Assembly (NCBI RefSeq): GCF_017876815.1
Contig: NZ_JAGIOS010000001.1
Coordinates: forward strand, 3,120,001 to 3,152,000
Direction: 5' to 3'
Length of the DNA stretch: 32,000 nt
Source: Sinorhizobium meliloti
GTDB lineage: Bacteria; Pseudomonadota; Alphaproteobacteria; Rhizobiales; Rhizobiaceae
Shown here: positions 9,835 to 17,856 of the stretch, piece by piece
Numbering within the stretch: the first letter of the stretch is position 1
Layout of the letters: the number at the start of each line of letters is the position of its first letter
Made by a program: the position numbers and the translations under genes
Notes under the pieces: model-generated
Seen by the model: only the letters and a program-made list of their open reading frames with translations
Told to the model about the DNA's origin: nothing
Databases searched by the model: none

Positions 9835-10033
9835 GCAGCATCTCCGAGTATTCTGTATTTGTTTCCAATTGTCCCTGCAGCTTCAGGGTGCGCCACAATC
9901 GTTAATTTTCTTATACTTTTTCAACCCATTGTTTTTGCTTGTGGAATATCGCCTTTTAGGAAATCTTTATTCGCGTTTTAATTGATTCACAGGGCGTCTT
10001 GCCACATTTCATGTGGTTGAAAGCAGTCGCCGC

Positions 10034-10440
10034 AATGACTTGGTCTGGCTGGATTCCTGTGACAGGCACAGGAATGAGGGAGGCGGGGATGCACGGCCTA
10101 GGAGAAGTATTCCGACGGACCGTACCCTCTCTACCTCATCCCTGTGCTCGTCACAGGGATCCAGCAGCGCCGCGTCTGCGGCGCGGGAGAGTCTTTTCAG
10201 CCCAATGACTTGGCCTGGCTGGATTCCTGTGACGAGCACAGGAATGAGGGAGGCGGGGATGCACGGCCTGCGAGAAGTATTCCGATGGACCGTACCCTCT
10301 CTGCCTCATTCCTGTGACAAGCACAGGAATGAGGGGGCGGCGGGGAAGCATGACCAATGAGAAGTATTCCGACGGACCGCACCCGCTCCACCGTCACCCC
10401 TGTGCTCGTCACAGGTATCCAGCGCGGAGCGCTTGTGCTT
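10034..10440. repeat. array of mosaic palindromic intergenic elements (RIME / Sm-repeat-like)
   Basis: Two roughly 113-bp direct copies lie 170 bp apart (10034-10146 and 10204-10316, about 8 mismatches by eye), plus a degenerate third copy (about 10333-10440). There are five copies of the hairpin (A)T(T/C)CCTGTG-N5-CACAGG(A/G)AT, at 10053-10075, 10138-10160, 10223-10245, 10306-10332 and 10399-10415. A GC hairpin GCGCCGC-GTCT-GCGGCGC lies at 10167-10184. Confidence 0.85.
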
Positions 10441-10460
10441 CGCCCTCCGACCGAGTCCGT

Positions 10461-12380
10461 TCACAAACCGGCGCTGTAAAGCTCGGCATGGGACTTGAAG
10501 AAGCGCTCGGTGCTGTAGCGCTTGCCGAACATCATGTCGTGCTGCAGGAAGCGGTAGTCACGCAGCGATGCGGGGACCTTCGGCTGGCGCAGCCAGTCGG
10601 CGACGTCCTTGCCGTTCTTGCGGATCAGCATGTAACGGTCGAGCACGCGGTAGTGGTCGTAGACCTTGCCGAGGAACCCCGTGTAGTAGGGATGCTCGTA
10701 GCCGGCCTGTTTCAGGATCTGGTAGGAAAGGAAGGCCGGGCTGATCGTGCCGATGTTCTTCTTCGGACCCGTCTTGTTCGACCAGACGACGAGCGGCGTT
10801 TCATGCTCAGCCTTCATCTGATCCTTCGGTCCCTTGCGCTCCGCCGTAATGCCCTTCATGTAACCGGTGCTGGAATAGACCGTATTCAGCGGCGGCAGGT
10901 GGTCGCCGAAGAGAACGATGATCGTCTCCCGGTCGCGTTCTTTCGCCCAGTCCATCAGCATCTTGAGGCTGTCGTCAGCCTCCTTCACGCCTTGCGCATA
11001 GGTGGCGAGCACCTGGCGATCGGCTTCGGGAAGGTCGCCCTCGACCTTGATCGTGTTCTTCGCATAGCGGTTGGCCTCATACGGACCATGGCCCTGCAGG
11101 GTCACCGCGAAAAAGAAGAAGGGGTCCTCCACTTCGTCCGCCTGGCGGATGATTTCCTTCGTCAGGGACTCGTCCGACGCGAAGATGCCGCGCTTCTGCA
11201 TGGCCGGCATGTTCTCTTCCGACCGGAACATGTCGAAACCGAAGGCCTTGTAGACGGCTGTGCGGTTCCAGAACCACCCCTGGAAAGGGTGAATGGCGCG
11301 CGAAACATAACCCTCGCCGCGGAAGAACGTGGCGAGCGAGGGAATCGGATTGCGGATATATTGCTGGTAGGGGATGCTGCCATAGGGCAGGAACGCGTTG
11401 GAAAAACCGGTCAGCGCTTCGAATTCGACATTGGCGGTCATGCCGCCGAACTCCGGAGAAAAGACGTTGCCGCCCTGCAGTTCACGGATGGTCGGCATGG
11501 GATCGGGCGTCAGCTTCACCTTGGGAAGACGGGTCGGATCCCAAAAGGATTCGCTCATCAGCACGATCACGTCCGGTTTGCCGCGATGGGTCGTGCCGGC
11601 GGGAAGCGGCTTTACCGGAATCCGGTCGATCGCGTCCGCCATATAGCCGGCGGGCGCGTTTACATTGGCCATCGGGAGGTTGATGGCAAAGGCAAGCGCG
11701 AAGCCGTTATGGCGGTAGTTCTCGGTCTGATCCCACATGATCGGGATGACCCGAAGCCGGTCACGGATCCACGAGAACTGGTTGTAGTCCATGATGTTCC
11801 AGAATGCGACCAACAGCGGCAGGGCGAATGCGATCCGCATCAGCCGCTCCCGACGTGTCAGCTTGGGAAAGTTCTGCCAGGCGAACCGCAGCAGGAGAGC
11901 GCCAACGACGATGGCCGCGATCAACCCGGCGACGACGCCGACCGCGGTCCACGGCCTGTCCTTCACGAGTACCGGCATCAGTTCCATGATCTGCCGGCCG
12001 AAAAGAAAATCGGTCGGATAGAGCGGATCGGACAGGAAGACCTGCTTCTGCTGACTGATGAATGCCGGCACGACGGCGAGCGGCGCGATGAGCAGCGCGG
12101 CCTTGTGTTCGCGACCGAACAGGGCATCGACGCCAAGCATGGCGAGGAAGAACACGGCGACCGTGGTCCAGGCCGGGCGCATGGGATCGGCGAAATAGGC
12201 GACGGTGTCGGGCCAGGACCAGCGCACGATCACTTCGACGGTGAAGACGAGCGCTATCGCAATGAGAAGCGTGAAGAGCGCACTGCGGGCGCCCGACAGG
12301 GTTCTCGTGTATCTTGCGGAAGAGCTTTCCCCGTCGGCGTAGACTTGAGAGCTGCTCACGGCGGAATCGATACGGGCCAA
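10461..12380 (-). CDS. LTA-synthase / sulfatase-family membrane phosphotransferase (phosphoglycerol- or phosphoethanolamine-transferase-like)
   Basis: The 639-aa protein has about 5 N-terminal TM helices and then an alkaline-phosphatase-superfamily domain (PDVIVLMSESFWDP ... GGMTANVEFEALTG ... LFGDHLPPL). The start is TTG at 12380, with GGAGA 8 nt upstream. It could correspond to the cyclic-glucan phosphoglycerol transferase type known in S. meliloti, but I cannot confirm this. Confidence 0.85.
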   Translation of the reverse strand: MARIDSAVSSSQVYADGESSSARYTRTLSGARSALFTLLIAIALVFTVEVIVRWSWPDTVAYFADPMRPAWTTVAVFFLAMLGVDALFGREHKAALLIAPLAVVPAFISQQKQVFLSDPLYPTDFLFGRQIMELMPVLVKDRPWTAVGVVAGLIAAIVVGALLLRFAWQNFPKLTRRERLMRIAFALPLLVAFWNIMDYNQFSWIRDRLRVIPIMWDQTENYRHNGFALAFAINLPMANVNAPAGYMADAIDRIPVKPLPAGTTHRGKPDVIVLMSESFWDPTRLPKVKLTPDPMPTIRELQGGNVFSPEFGGMTANVEFEALTGFSNAFLPYGSIPYQQYIRNPIPSLATFFRGEGYVSRAIHPFQGWFWNRTAVYKAFGFDMFRSEENMPAMQKRGIFASDESLTKEIIRQADEVEDPFFFFAVTLQGHGPYEANRYAKNTIKVEGDLPEADRQVLATYAQGVKEADDSLKMLMDWAKERDRETIIVLFGDHLPPLNTVYSSTGYMKGITAERKGPKDQMKAEHETPLVVWSNKTGPKKNIGTISPAFLSYQILKQAGYEHPYYTGFLGKVYDHYRVLDRYMLIRKNGKDVADWLRQPKVPASLRDYRFLQHDMMFGKRYSTERFFKSHAELYSAGL

Positions 12381-12648
12381 CGGGCGTCTCCAGTTTCACA
12401 AATATTTCACTCCACCGTCATACGACTGTCATCTTGAACAGGGGATGAATGGCGGAAACGGCGCCGCCGCCGCCTGGTTCCTGTGGCCGCGCAAGAATTT
12501 CTGCACTTCGTGTAACGGTCCGAAAACACGGAGCTTTTCGGAATTTTTCCGCCGGATCTCGATTGAGTGTGGGTTTTTTCCCGCCGGATGCGGTAAGAAC
12601 AACGCGAACGAAACATGCATTCGCTGACGAGAGACGACGGGCCCGCTC

Positions 12649-14331
12649 ATGACTGCACAGAAAGCCGCTCCCTCAACGCTACGGATCGCCGTGGCACAGC
12701 TCAATCCGACGGTCGGAGACATTGCCGGCAACGTTGCAAAGGCACGCGAGGCACGGACGGCGGCGGCGCGCGAAGGCGCCGATCTGCTGCTTCTGACCGA
12801 ACTCTTCATCTCCGGCTATCCGCCGGAGGACCTCGTCTTGAAGCCCGCTTTCCTGAAGGCCTGCGAACAGGCGGTGGAGAAGCTTGCGGCGGAGACGGCA
12901 GATGGCGGGCCGGGCGTCGTCATCGGCTTTCCGCGGCAGGCCGCCGGCCTCCGGCACAATTCCGTTGCGGTTCTCGACGGTGGCAGGGTCATCGCCATCC
13001 GCGACAAGGTCGACTTGCCGAACTACGGCGAATTTGACGAAAAGCGCGTCTTCGATGCGGGTGAGATGCCGGGCCCGGTGAATTTTCGCGGCGTGCGGAT
13101 CGGCATACCGGTATGCGAGGACATATGGGGCGATCTCGGCGTCTGCGAGACCCTCGCGGAGAGTGGCGCCGAAATCCTCCTGTCGCCGAACGGCTCGCCC
13201 TACTACCGCGGCAAGGTCGACGTGCGCCATCAGGTGGTGCTGCGGCAGGTGATCGAGACCGGCCTCCCGATGATCTACGCCAACCAGCTCGGCGGCCAGG
13301 ACGAGCTGGTTTTCGACGGCGCGAGTTTCGCCTTCAACGCGGACAAGTCGCTGGCATTCCAGATGAGCCAGTTCGAAGAGGCGGTCGCCGTCTCCGAATG
13401 GAAAAGGGGCGCGGGCGGCTGGATCTCGGCCAACGGGCTCAAGTCGCGCATACCGGAAGGCGAAGAGGCGGATTACCGCGCCTGCATGCTGGGCTTTCGT
13501 GATTACGTCAACAAGAACGGTTTCAGGAACGTCGTTCTTGGCCTGTCCGGCGGCATCGATTCGGCGATCTGCACGGCGCTTGCGGTGGATGCGTTGGGCG
13601 AGGAGCGGGTTCGCACGGTCATGCTGCCCTACCGCTACACCTCGCGCGAATCGTTGCGGGATGCCGAGGCATGCGCCAAGGCGCTCGGCTGCCGCTACGA
13701 CATCGTAGCGATCGAAGAACCGGTCGAGGGCTTCCTCAGCGCGCTCGCCGACACGTTCGAGGGAACCGAAGCGGGCATTACCGAGGAAAACCTGCAGAGC
13801 CGCACGCGCGGGACGATCCTGATGGCGATCTCCAACAAGTTCGGCTCCATGGTGGTGACGACGGGCAACAAATCCGAAATGTCGGTCGGTTACGCCACGC
13901 TTTACGGCGACATGAACGGCGGTTTCAATCCGATCAAGGATCTCTACAAGATGCAGGTTTACGCGCTGGCACGCTGGCGAAACGGCACCGTTCCGCCGGG
14001 AGCGCTAGGCCCGTCAGGCGAAGTCATTCCGCAGAACATCATCGACAAGGCGCCGTCGGCCGAACTCCGCCCCGACCAGACGGATCAGGATTCGCTGCCG
14101 CCCTATCCCGTGCTCGACGACATTCTCGAATGCCTGGTCGAGAAGGAGATGAGCACGGAGGAGATCGTCGCCCGCGGACATGAGGAGGCAACCGTTCACC
14201 GGATCGAACACTTGCTCTACATCGCTGAATACAAGCGCCGCCAGTCGGCGCCGGGCGTGAAGATCACCAGGAAGAATTTCGGCCGCGACCGGCGTTATCC
14301 CATCACCAACCGCTTCCGCGACAGGGGGTAA
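12649..14331 (+). CDS. nadE: glutamine-dependent NAD+ synthetase
   Basis: The 560-aa protein has an N-terminal CN-hydrolase (glutaminase) domain with catalytic-Cys context PVCEDIW, and a C-terminal NAD synthetase domain with the PP-loop GLSGGIDS. Confidence 0.93.
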   Translation: MTAQKAAPSTLRIAVAQLNPTVGDIAGNVAKAREARTAAAREGADLLLLTELFISGYPPEDLVLKPAFLKACEQAVEKLAAETADGGPGVVIGFPRQAAGLRHNSVAVLDGGRVIAIRDKVDLPNYGEFDEKRVFDAGEMPGPVNFRGVRIGIPVCEDIWGDLGVCETLAESGAEILLSPNGSPYYRGKVDVRHQVVLRQVIETGLPMIYANQLGGQDELVFDGASFAFNADKSLAFQMSQFEEAVAVSEWKRGAGGWISANGLKSRIPEGEEADYRACMLGFRDYVNKNGFRNVVLGLSGGIDSAICTALAVDALGEERVRTVMLPYRYTSRESLRDAEACAKALGCRYDIVAIEEPVEGFLSALADTFEGTEAGITEENLQSRTRGTILMAISNKFGSMVVTTGNKSEMSVGYATLYGDMNGGFNPIKDLYKMQVYALARWRNGTVPPGALGPSGEVIPQNIIDKAPSAELRPDQTDQDSLPPYPVLDDILECLVEKEMSTEEIVARGHEEATVHRIEHLLYIAEYKRRQSAPGVKITRKNFGRDRRYPITNRFRDRG

Positions 14332-14333
14332 TC

Positions 14334-15161
14334 ATGCGCAGTTCGGTGGAGATCTTCGACATTGCGACCGGCGAGACGCGCGTCGTCTGGCAGACGGAGC
14401 GGCTGGTCGAGGCACCGAACTGGTCACCCGACGGAAAATTCCTCATCATCAACGGCGACGGCAGGCTTTACCGGCTTGGCTTCGACGGTTCCGATCCCAC
14501 GGAGATCGACACCGGCTTTGCCCGGCACTGCAACAACGATCACGGAATCTCGCCCGACGGCAGCACGCTCGTGATCAGCGACAAGACGGAATTCGGCAGT
14601 TCGGCAATCTATCTCCTGCCGGCAGAGGGCGGCACGCCGCGGCTCGTCACACGCAACCTGCCGTCCTACTGGCACGGCTGGTCGCCCGACGGGCGCATGC
14701 TTGCCTATTGCGGGATCCGCGATCAGGTCTTCGACATCTACACGATACCGGTCGATGGCGGGGAGGAACGCCGCCTGACGCAGGGGCAGGGCCGCAATGA
14801 CGGGCCGGACTGGTCTGCGGACGGGGAGTGGATCTATTTCAATTCGAGCCGTACCGGCCGCATGCAGATCTGGCGGGTTAGGCCGGACGGCAAGGATGTC
14901 CAGCGCATCACCGACAGTCCTTATGGCGACTGGTTTCCGCATCCTTCTCCGGACGGCAGACACCTGCTCGTGCTCTCCTATGACGGCGATGTCTTCGACC
15001 ACCCGCGCGATCTCGACGTGCGTCTCCGCCTGATGGATCCGGACGGCGGCAATGCGCGCGTACTGCTCGAACTCTTCGGCGGGCAGGGGACGGTGAACGT
15101 CCCGAACTGGTCGCCCTCGGGCACCGCCTTTGCCTTCGTACGCTACGAACCGGAGGAATAG
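14334..15161 (+). CDS. TolB-like / PD40 beta-propeller repeat protein, no signal peptide
   Basis: It has repeated WSPDG / SPDG / WSADG blades (NWSPDGKFL, ISPDGSTL, WSPDGRML, WSADGEWI, PSPDGRHL, NWSPSG). The N-terminus MRSSVEIFDIATGE is hydrophilic. The ATG lies 2 nt after the nadE stop. Confidence 0.8.
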   Translation: MRSSVEIFDIATGETRVVWQTERLVEAPNWSPDGKFLIINGDGRLYRLGFDGSDPTEIDTGFARHCNNDHGISPDGSTLVISDKTEFGSSAIYLLPAEGGTPRLVTRNLPSYWHGWSPDGRMLAYCGIRDQVFDIYTIPVDGGEERRLTQGQGRNDGPDWSADGEWIYFNSSRTGRMQIWRVRPDGKDVQRITDSPYGDWFPHPSPDGRHLLVLSYDGDVFDHPRDLDVRLRLMDPDGGNARVLLELFGGQGTVNVPNWSPSGTAFAFVRYEPEE

Positions 15162-15171
15162 CCAGCGGGGG

Positions 15172-16194
15172 TCAGATACGCGGCAGGTTGTAAGGGGTGA
15201 TTACTTCGACCGCGGAAAGATGCCGCTTTTCGGAGGCGCGCAGTGCGCCCCGGCGCTCCAGGACCGCGTGGAAAGCCATGCGGACGTCCGTTTTCAGGTC
15301 GTGGTGAAGAACGAACTGGACCAAGCCCTGACGCAGGAGATCCAGATTGTCCTCATCGAGGTCGTGAGCGACGAAGAGAACGCAGCCGCGCTGCAACTGT
15401 CCGAAGGCGTCGAGCACAGCGCGATTGCCTCCGCCGATCGAATAGGCAGCATTGATCTCCGGATGGCTGGCGATTGCCTTAAGGGCAAGAGCGCCTGTCT
15501 CCTCGTTCCTGCCATGGCCCTCGCTGATCTCGACCACGCCGATATGCGGATATTTTTCCCGCAGCACGCGGCGAAAACCGATCTCGCGTTCCTCTTCGCC
15601 GCGAAAGCGACTGCTCGATATGGTGACCAGCACAGTCGCAGGCCGGTCCGCGAAGCGCTCGCCGATCAGGTAGGCTGCGGTTTCACCGGCGGCGCGGTTG
15701 TCAGCCCCGGCATAGGCCGTTCGCGATGAATGCGGCAGATCGGTAACGAGCGTGACGACCGCAACTCCGGCATTTTCGAGCCGCGCCACGGCGGCGGCAA
15801 TCTCCGGCACGTCGGGCGCCTTGAGGACTACTCCGTCGGTTCCTCGAAGCCGAATACGGTCGAGCAACTGGCTGATGTCCTGCGGCCGCATGGTCTCGGC
15901 GAAATGGAAGCGGGACCGGAAAACCGTAGGCATGAAGGTCGCGGCTTCGCTTTCGAATGCCTTGCGCACCGCTTCGGTGAAGCGTTCCGGCGCCTCCATC
16001 ACCACGTCGACGGCATATTTGCGTCCCTGTACCTCAAGGCCCGCCTGCTGTCTCTCGAGTTCACGAATGGCTGCATTGACGCGCATTACCGTTTGCTGAC
16101 GCACGCCCCGCCGGCCGTTGAGGACGCGATCGACGGTCGCCGTACTGAGTCCCGCCTGGAAGGCGATGTCCTTGACAAGAAACGGATGTGCCAC
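15172..16194 (-). CDS. LacI-family transcriptional regulator
   Basis: It has the N-terminal HTH VKDIAFQAGLSTATVDRVLNGRRGV and a periplasmic-binding-protein-like sugar-binding fold. The start is GTG at 16194, with AGGAGGGA upstream. Confidence 0.9.
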   Translation of the reverse strand: MAHPFLVKDIAFQAGLSTATVDRVLNGRRGVRQQTVMRVNAAIRELERQQAGLEVQGRKYAVDVVMEAPERFTEAVRKAFESEAATFMPTVFRSRFHFAETMRPQDISQLLDRIRLRGTDGVVLKAPDVPEIAAAVARLENAGVAVVTLVTDLPHSSRTAYAGADNRAAGETAAYLIGERFADRPATVLVTISSSRFRGEEEREIGFRRVLREKYPHIGVVEISEGHGRNEETGALALKAIASHPEINAAYSIGGGNRAVLDAFGQLQRGCVLFVAHDLDEDNLDLLRQGLVQFVLHHDLKTDVRMAFHAVLERRGALRASEKRHLSAVEVITPYNLPRI

Positions 16195-16291
16195 CGGTCC
16201 CTCCTGATGGCTTTTTGATGGATTCTTGCTCTATATCAGAAGCAGGCAAGCCGTATAGTCGGATCATCGTCATCCTTGAGGAGGAGAACTG

Positions 16292-17485
16292 ATGAAGACG
16301 GACAATCCCGCGCGGGCGCGTCTGGAACGCGTGTGGCTCAATGAGGCGGCCTGCGATATCGAGGAATTTCGTGCGGCGGTCGAGCACCGAGTCAGCCTGG
16401 CGGACTATCCGCACGCGGCGGACTGCCAGAAGAACATCCTGATCTATGACAGCGCCCGTCTTGCCGGCGATTGCGCCACGCAGGACGGCAGGCGGTCGGT
16501 GCTTGCGGAGATCTGCGAGGCGCTTGCGACGGGGCCGGGCGTGGCGGTCTTCAAGCGCGCCTTCACCGATACGCGGGTGATCGACGAAGCAAGCGGCATC
16601 TTCAACGAGATCATCGAGGAACAGCACCGCACCAACAGCGGCGGCGGCGATCATTTCGCCAAGCCCGGCGCCAACGACAGAATCTGGAATTCACTCGAAA
16701 AGCACTGCCTGAAGAACCCCGAGAATTTCGCGGCCTATTACGGCAACGCCATCATCGCGCTCGTCAGCGAAGCCTGGCTCGGTCCGAACTACCAGATGAC
16801 GGCGCAGGTCAACCGCGTCAATCCCGGCGGCGCGTCTCAATCGCCGCATCGCGACTATCATCTCGGCTTTCAGACCTCGGCCGTTATAGAGCAGTATCCG
16901 GCGCATGTGCACAGGCTCTCGCCGGTCCTGACGCTCCAGGGCGCGGTCGCCCATTGCGACATGCCGGTCGAAAGCGGGCCAACCCTGTTCCTGCCCTATA
17001 GCCAGACGTATCTGCCCGGATATCTCGCTTTGAAACGGCCGGAGTTCCGCACCTATTTCGAAGAGAACCACGTGCAATTGCCGCTGGAGAAGGGCGACGT
17101 CGTGTTCTTCAACCCGGCGCTTTTCCACGCCGCGGGCAGCAACCGGTCTGCCGGGATCAAGCGTGTGGCCAATCTTCTGCAGGTATCCTCCGCTTTCGGC
17201 CGGGCGATGGAAACGGTGGATCGCGAACACATGTGCGTCGTGCTCTTTCCGGCTCTGAAAGTCCTTGCGGCCGGAGGCAAGCTCACGCAGGACGAAATTG
17301 CCAATGCGGTTGCCGCGTGCGCCGAGGGGTATTCGTTCCCGACCAATCTCGATCGTGATCCGCCGGTTGGCGGTCTGGCGCCCAGGACGCAGGCACAGCT
17401 GATGCACGAAGCGCTCGCCGGCGAATGGAGTGTTGAGGCGTTTGCCGAAGCGCTGGCCGATCAGGCGGCGAAAAAGCTAAGCTAG
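16292..17485 (+). CDS. PhyH-family (phytanoyl-CoA dioxygenase-like) Fe(II)/2-oxoglutarate oxygenase
   Basis: The 397-aa protein has an HxD iron motif in SPHRDYH and a distal His in FHAAGSNRS. There is a strong SD (GAGGAGGAG) before the ATG. It is divergent from the LacI-family gene. Confidence 0.75.
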   Translation: MKTDNPARARLERVWLNEAACDIEEFRAAVEHRVSLADYPHAADCQKNILIYDSARLAGDCATQDGRRSVLAEICEALATGPGVAVFKRAFTDTRVIDEASGIFNEIIEEQHRTNSGGGDHFAKPGANDRIWNSLEKHCLKNPENFAAYYGNAIIALVSEAWLGPNYQMTAQVNRVNPGGASQSPHRDYHLGFQTSAVIEQYPAHVHRLSPVLTLQGAVAHCDMPVESGPTLFLPYSQTYLPGYLALKRPEFRTYFEENHVQLPLEKGDVVFFNPALFHAAGSNRSAGIKRVANLLQVSSAFGRAMETVDREHMCVVLFPALKVLAAGGKLTQDEIANAVAACAEGYSFPTNLDRDPPVGGLAPRTQAQLMHEALAGEWSVEAFAEALADQAAKKLS

Positions 17486-17640
17486 CCGTCTTGGCTTAAG
17501 GTCTTTTGAGATCTTGAGTTTATCACGGCTACTGCGAGATGGATGATGGCGTTGGTGCTCTGGTGGATTTGTCGGGGCGTAGGGCGGTGCGGACAAGGTT
17601 GCCGAGCACGTCGGTCAGCGTGGGGAGGACTGCAATCTCT

Positions 17641-17762
17641 CCTCCTCATCTCTGTGCTTGTCACAGAGATCCAGCAGCGCCGCGTCAGCGGCGCGGGAGG
17701 AGTTCTTTCAGCCCAAGGACTTGGTCTGGCTGGATCCCTGTGACGAGCACAGGGATGAGGAG
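17641..17762. repeat. single mosaic palindromic element of the same family as 10134-10249
   Basis: The left arm is CCTCATCTCTGTGCTTGTCACAGAGATCCAGC (hairpin 17648-17670). The centre is the GC hairpin GCGCCGC-GTCA-GCGGCGC (17677-17694). The right arm is GCTGGATCCCTGTGACGAGCACAGGGATGAGG (hairpin 17734-17756). The arms are reverse complements of each other. Confidence 0.85.
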
Positions 17763-17856
17763 ATCAGACAAGTAGCGGCGGGTATCCCAAATCTCAACAG
17801 GCATTAATGCACGCTCACCAAGGCATATTCACCAACATCTCAAAGGGAGGATCAGG

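Noticed and set aside
9967-9981. A CtrA-like box (TTAT-N7-TTAA) upstream of the tadE-like gene.
   Set aside because: It has one mismatch to TTAA-N7-TTAA in an AT-rich stretch where such near-matches arise by chance. There is no second supporting site. I mention it only as something to test alongside the promoter mapping.
9999-10412. Several 68-115-aa ORFs on both strands inside the repeat array (for example 10013-10360, 10009-10239, 10197-10412), and 17539-17775 inside the second repeat locus.
   Set aside because: They are translations of the palindromic repeats (recurrent ...WIPVTSTGMRE... / ...LVTGIQ... peptides on both strands). They have no start context and read equally well on either strand. 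They are repeat artefacts, not genes.
10034-10440. Could the periodic repeats be a CRISPR array?
   Set aside because: The repeat units are about 113 bp, internally mosaic and separated by related sequence rather than unique spacers of 30-40 bp. The period is 170 bp and only 2-3 units exist. No cas genes are in the window, and the same module occurs singly at 17641-17762.
6633-10460. Is the Tad-like cluster a horizontally acquired island or mobile element?
   Set aside because: There is no integrase, transposase, tRNA attachment site or flanking direct repeats. The coding composition looks like the rest of the window, and only the promoter region is AT-rich. The neighbouring mosaic repeats occur elsewhere too and do not bracket the cluster.
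10314-12437. A 707-aa plus-strand ORF that lies entirely antisense to the sulfatase-family gene. Similar long ORFs are 23307-25223 (+, 638 aa, antisense to the malic enzyme), 4545-5885 (-, 446 aa, antisense to DAHP synthase), 1733-2983 (-, 416 aa) and 26970-27995 (-, 341 aa).
   Set aside because: The translations are Arg/Gly/Asp/His-rich low-complexity strings with no recognisable motifs. The opposite strand in each case encodes a protein with clear family signatures and G/C-rich third positions. Long stop-free antisense frames are expected in high-GC DNA.
16195-16291. A LacI-type operator palindrome in the LacI/PhyH divergent spacer (TGCTCTATATCAGAAGCA).
   Set aside because: Only the outer 4 bp are self-complementary. 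It is not a convincing 14-20-bp LacI-family dyad.
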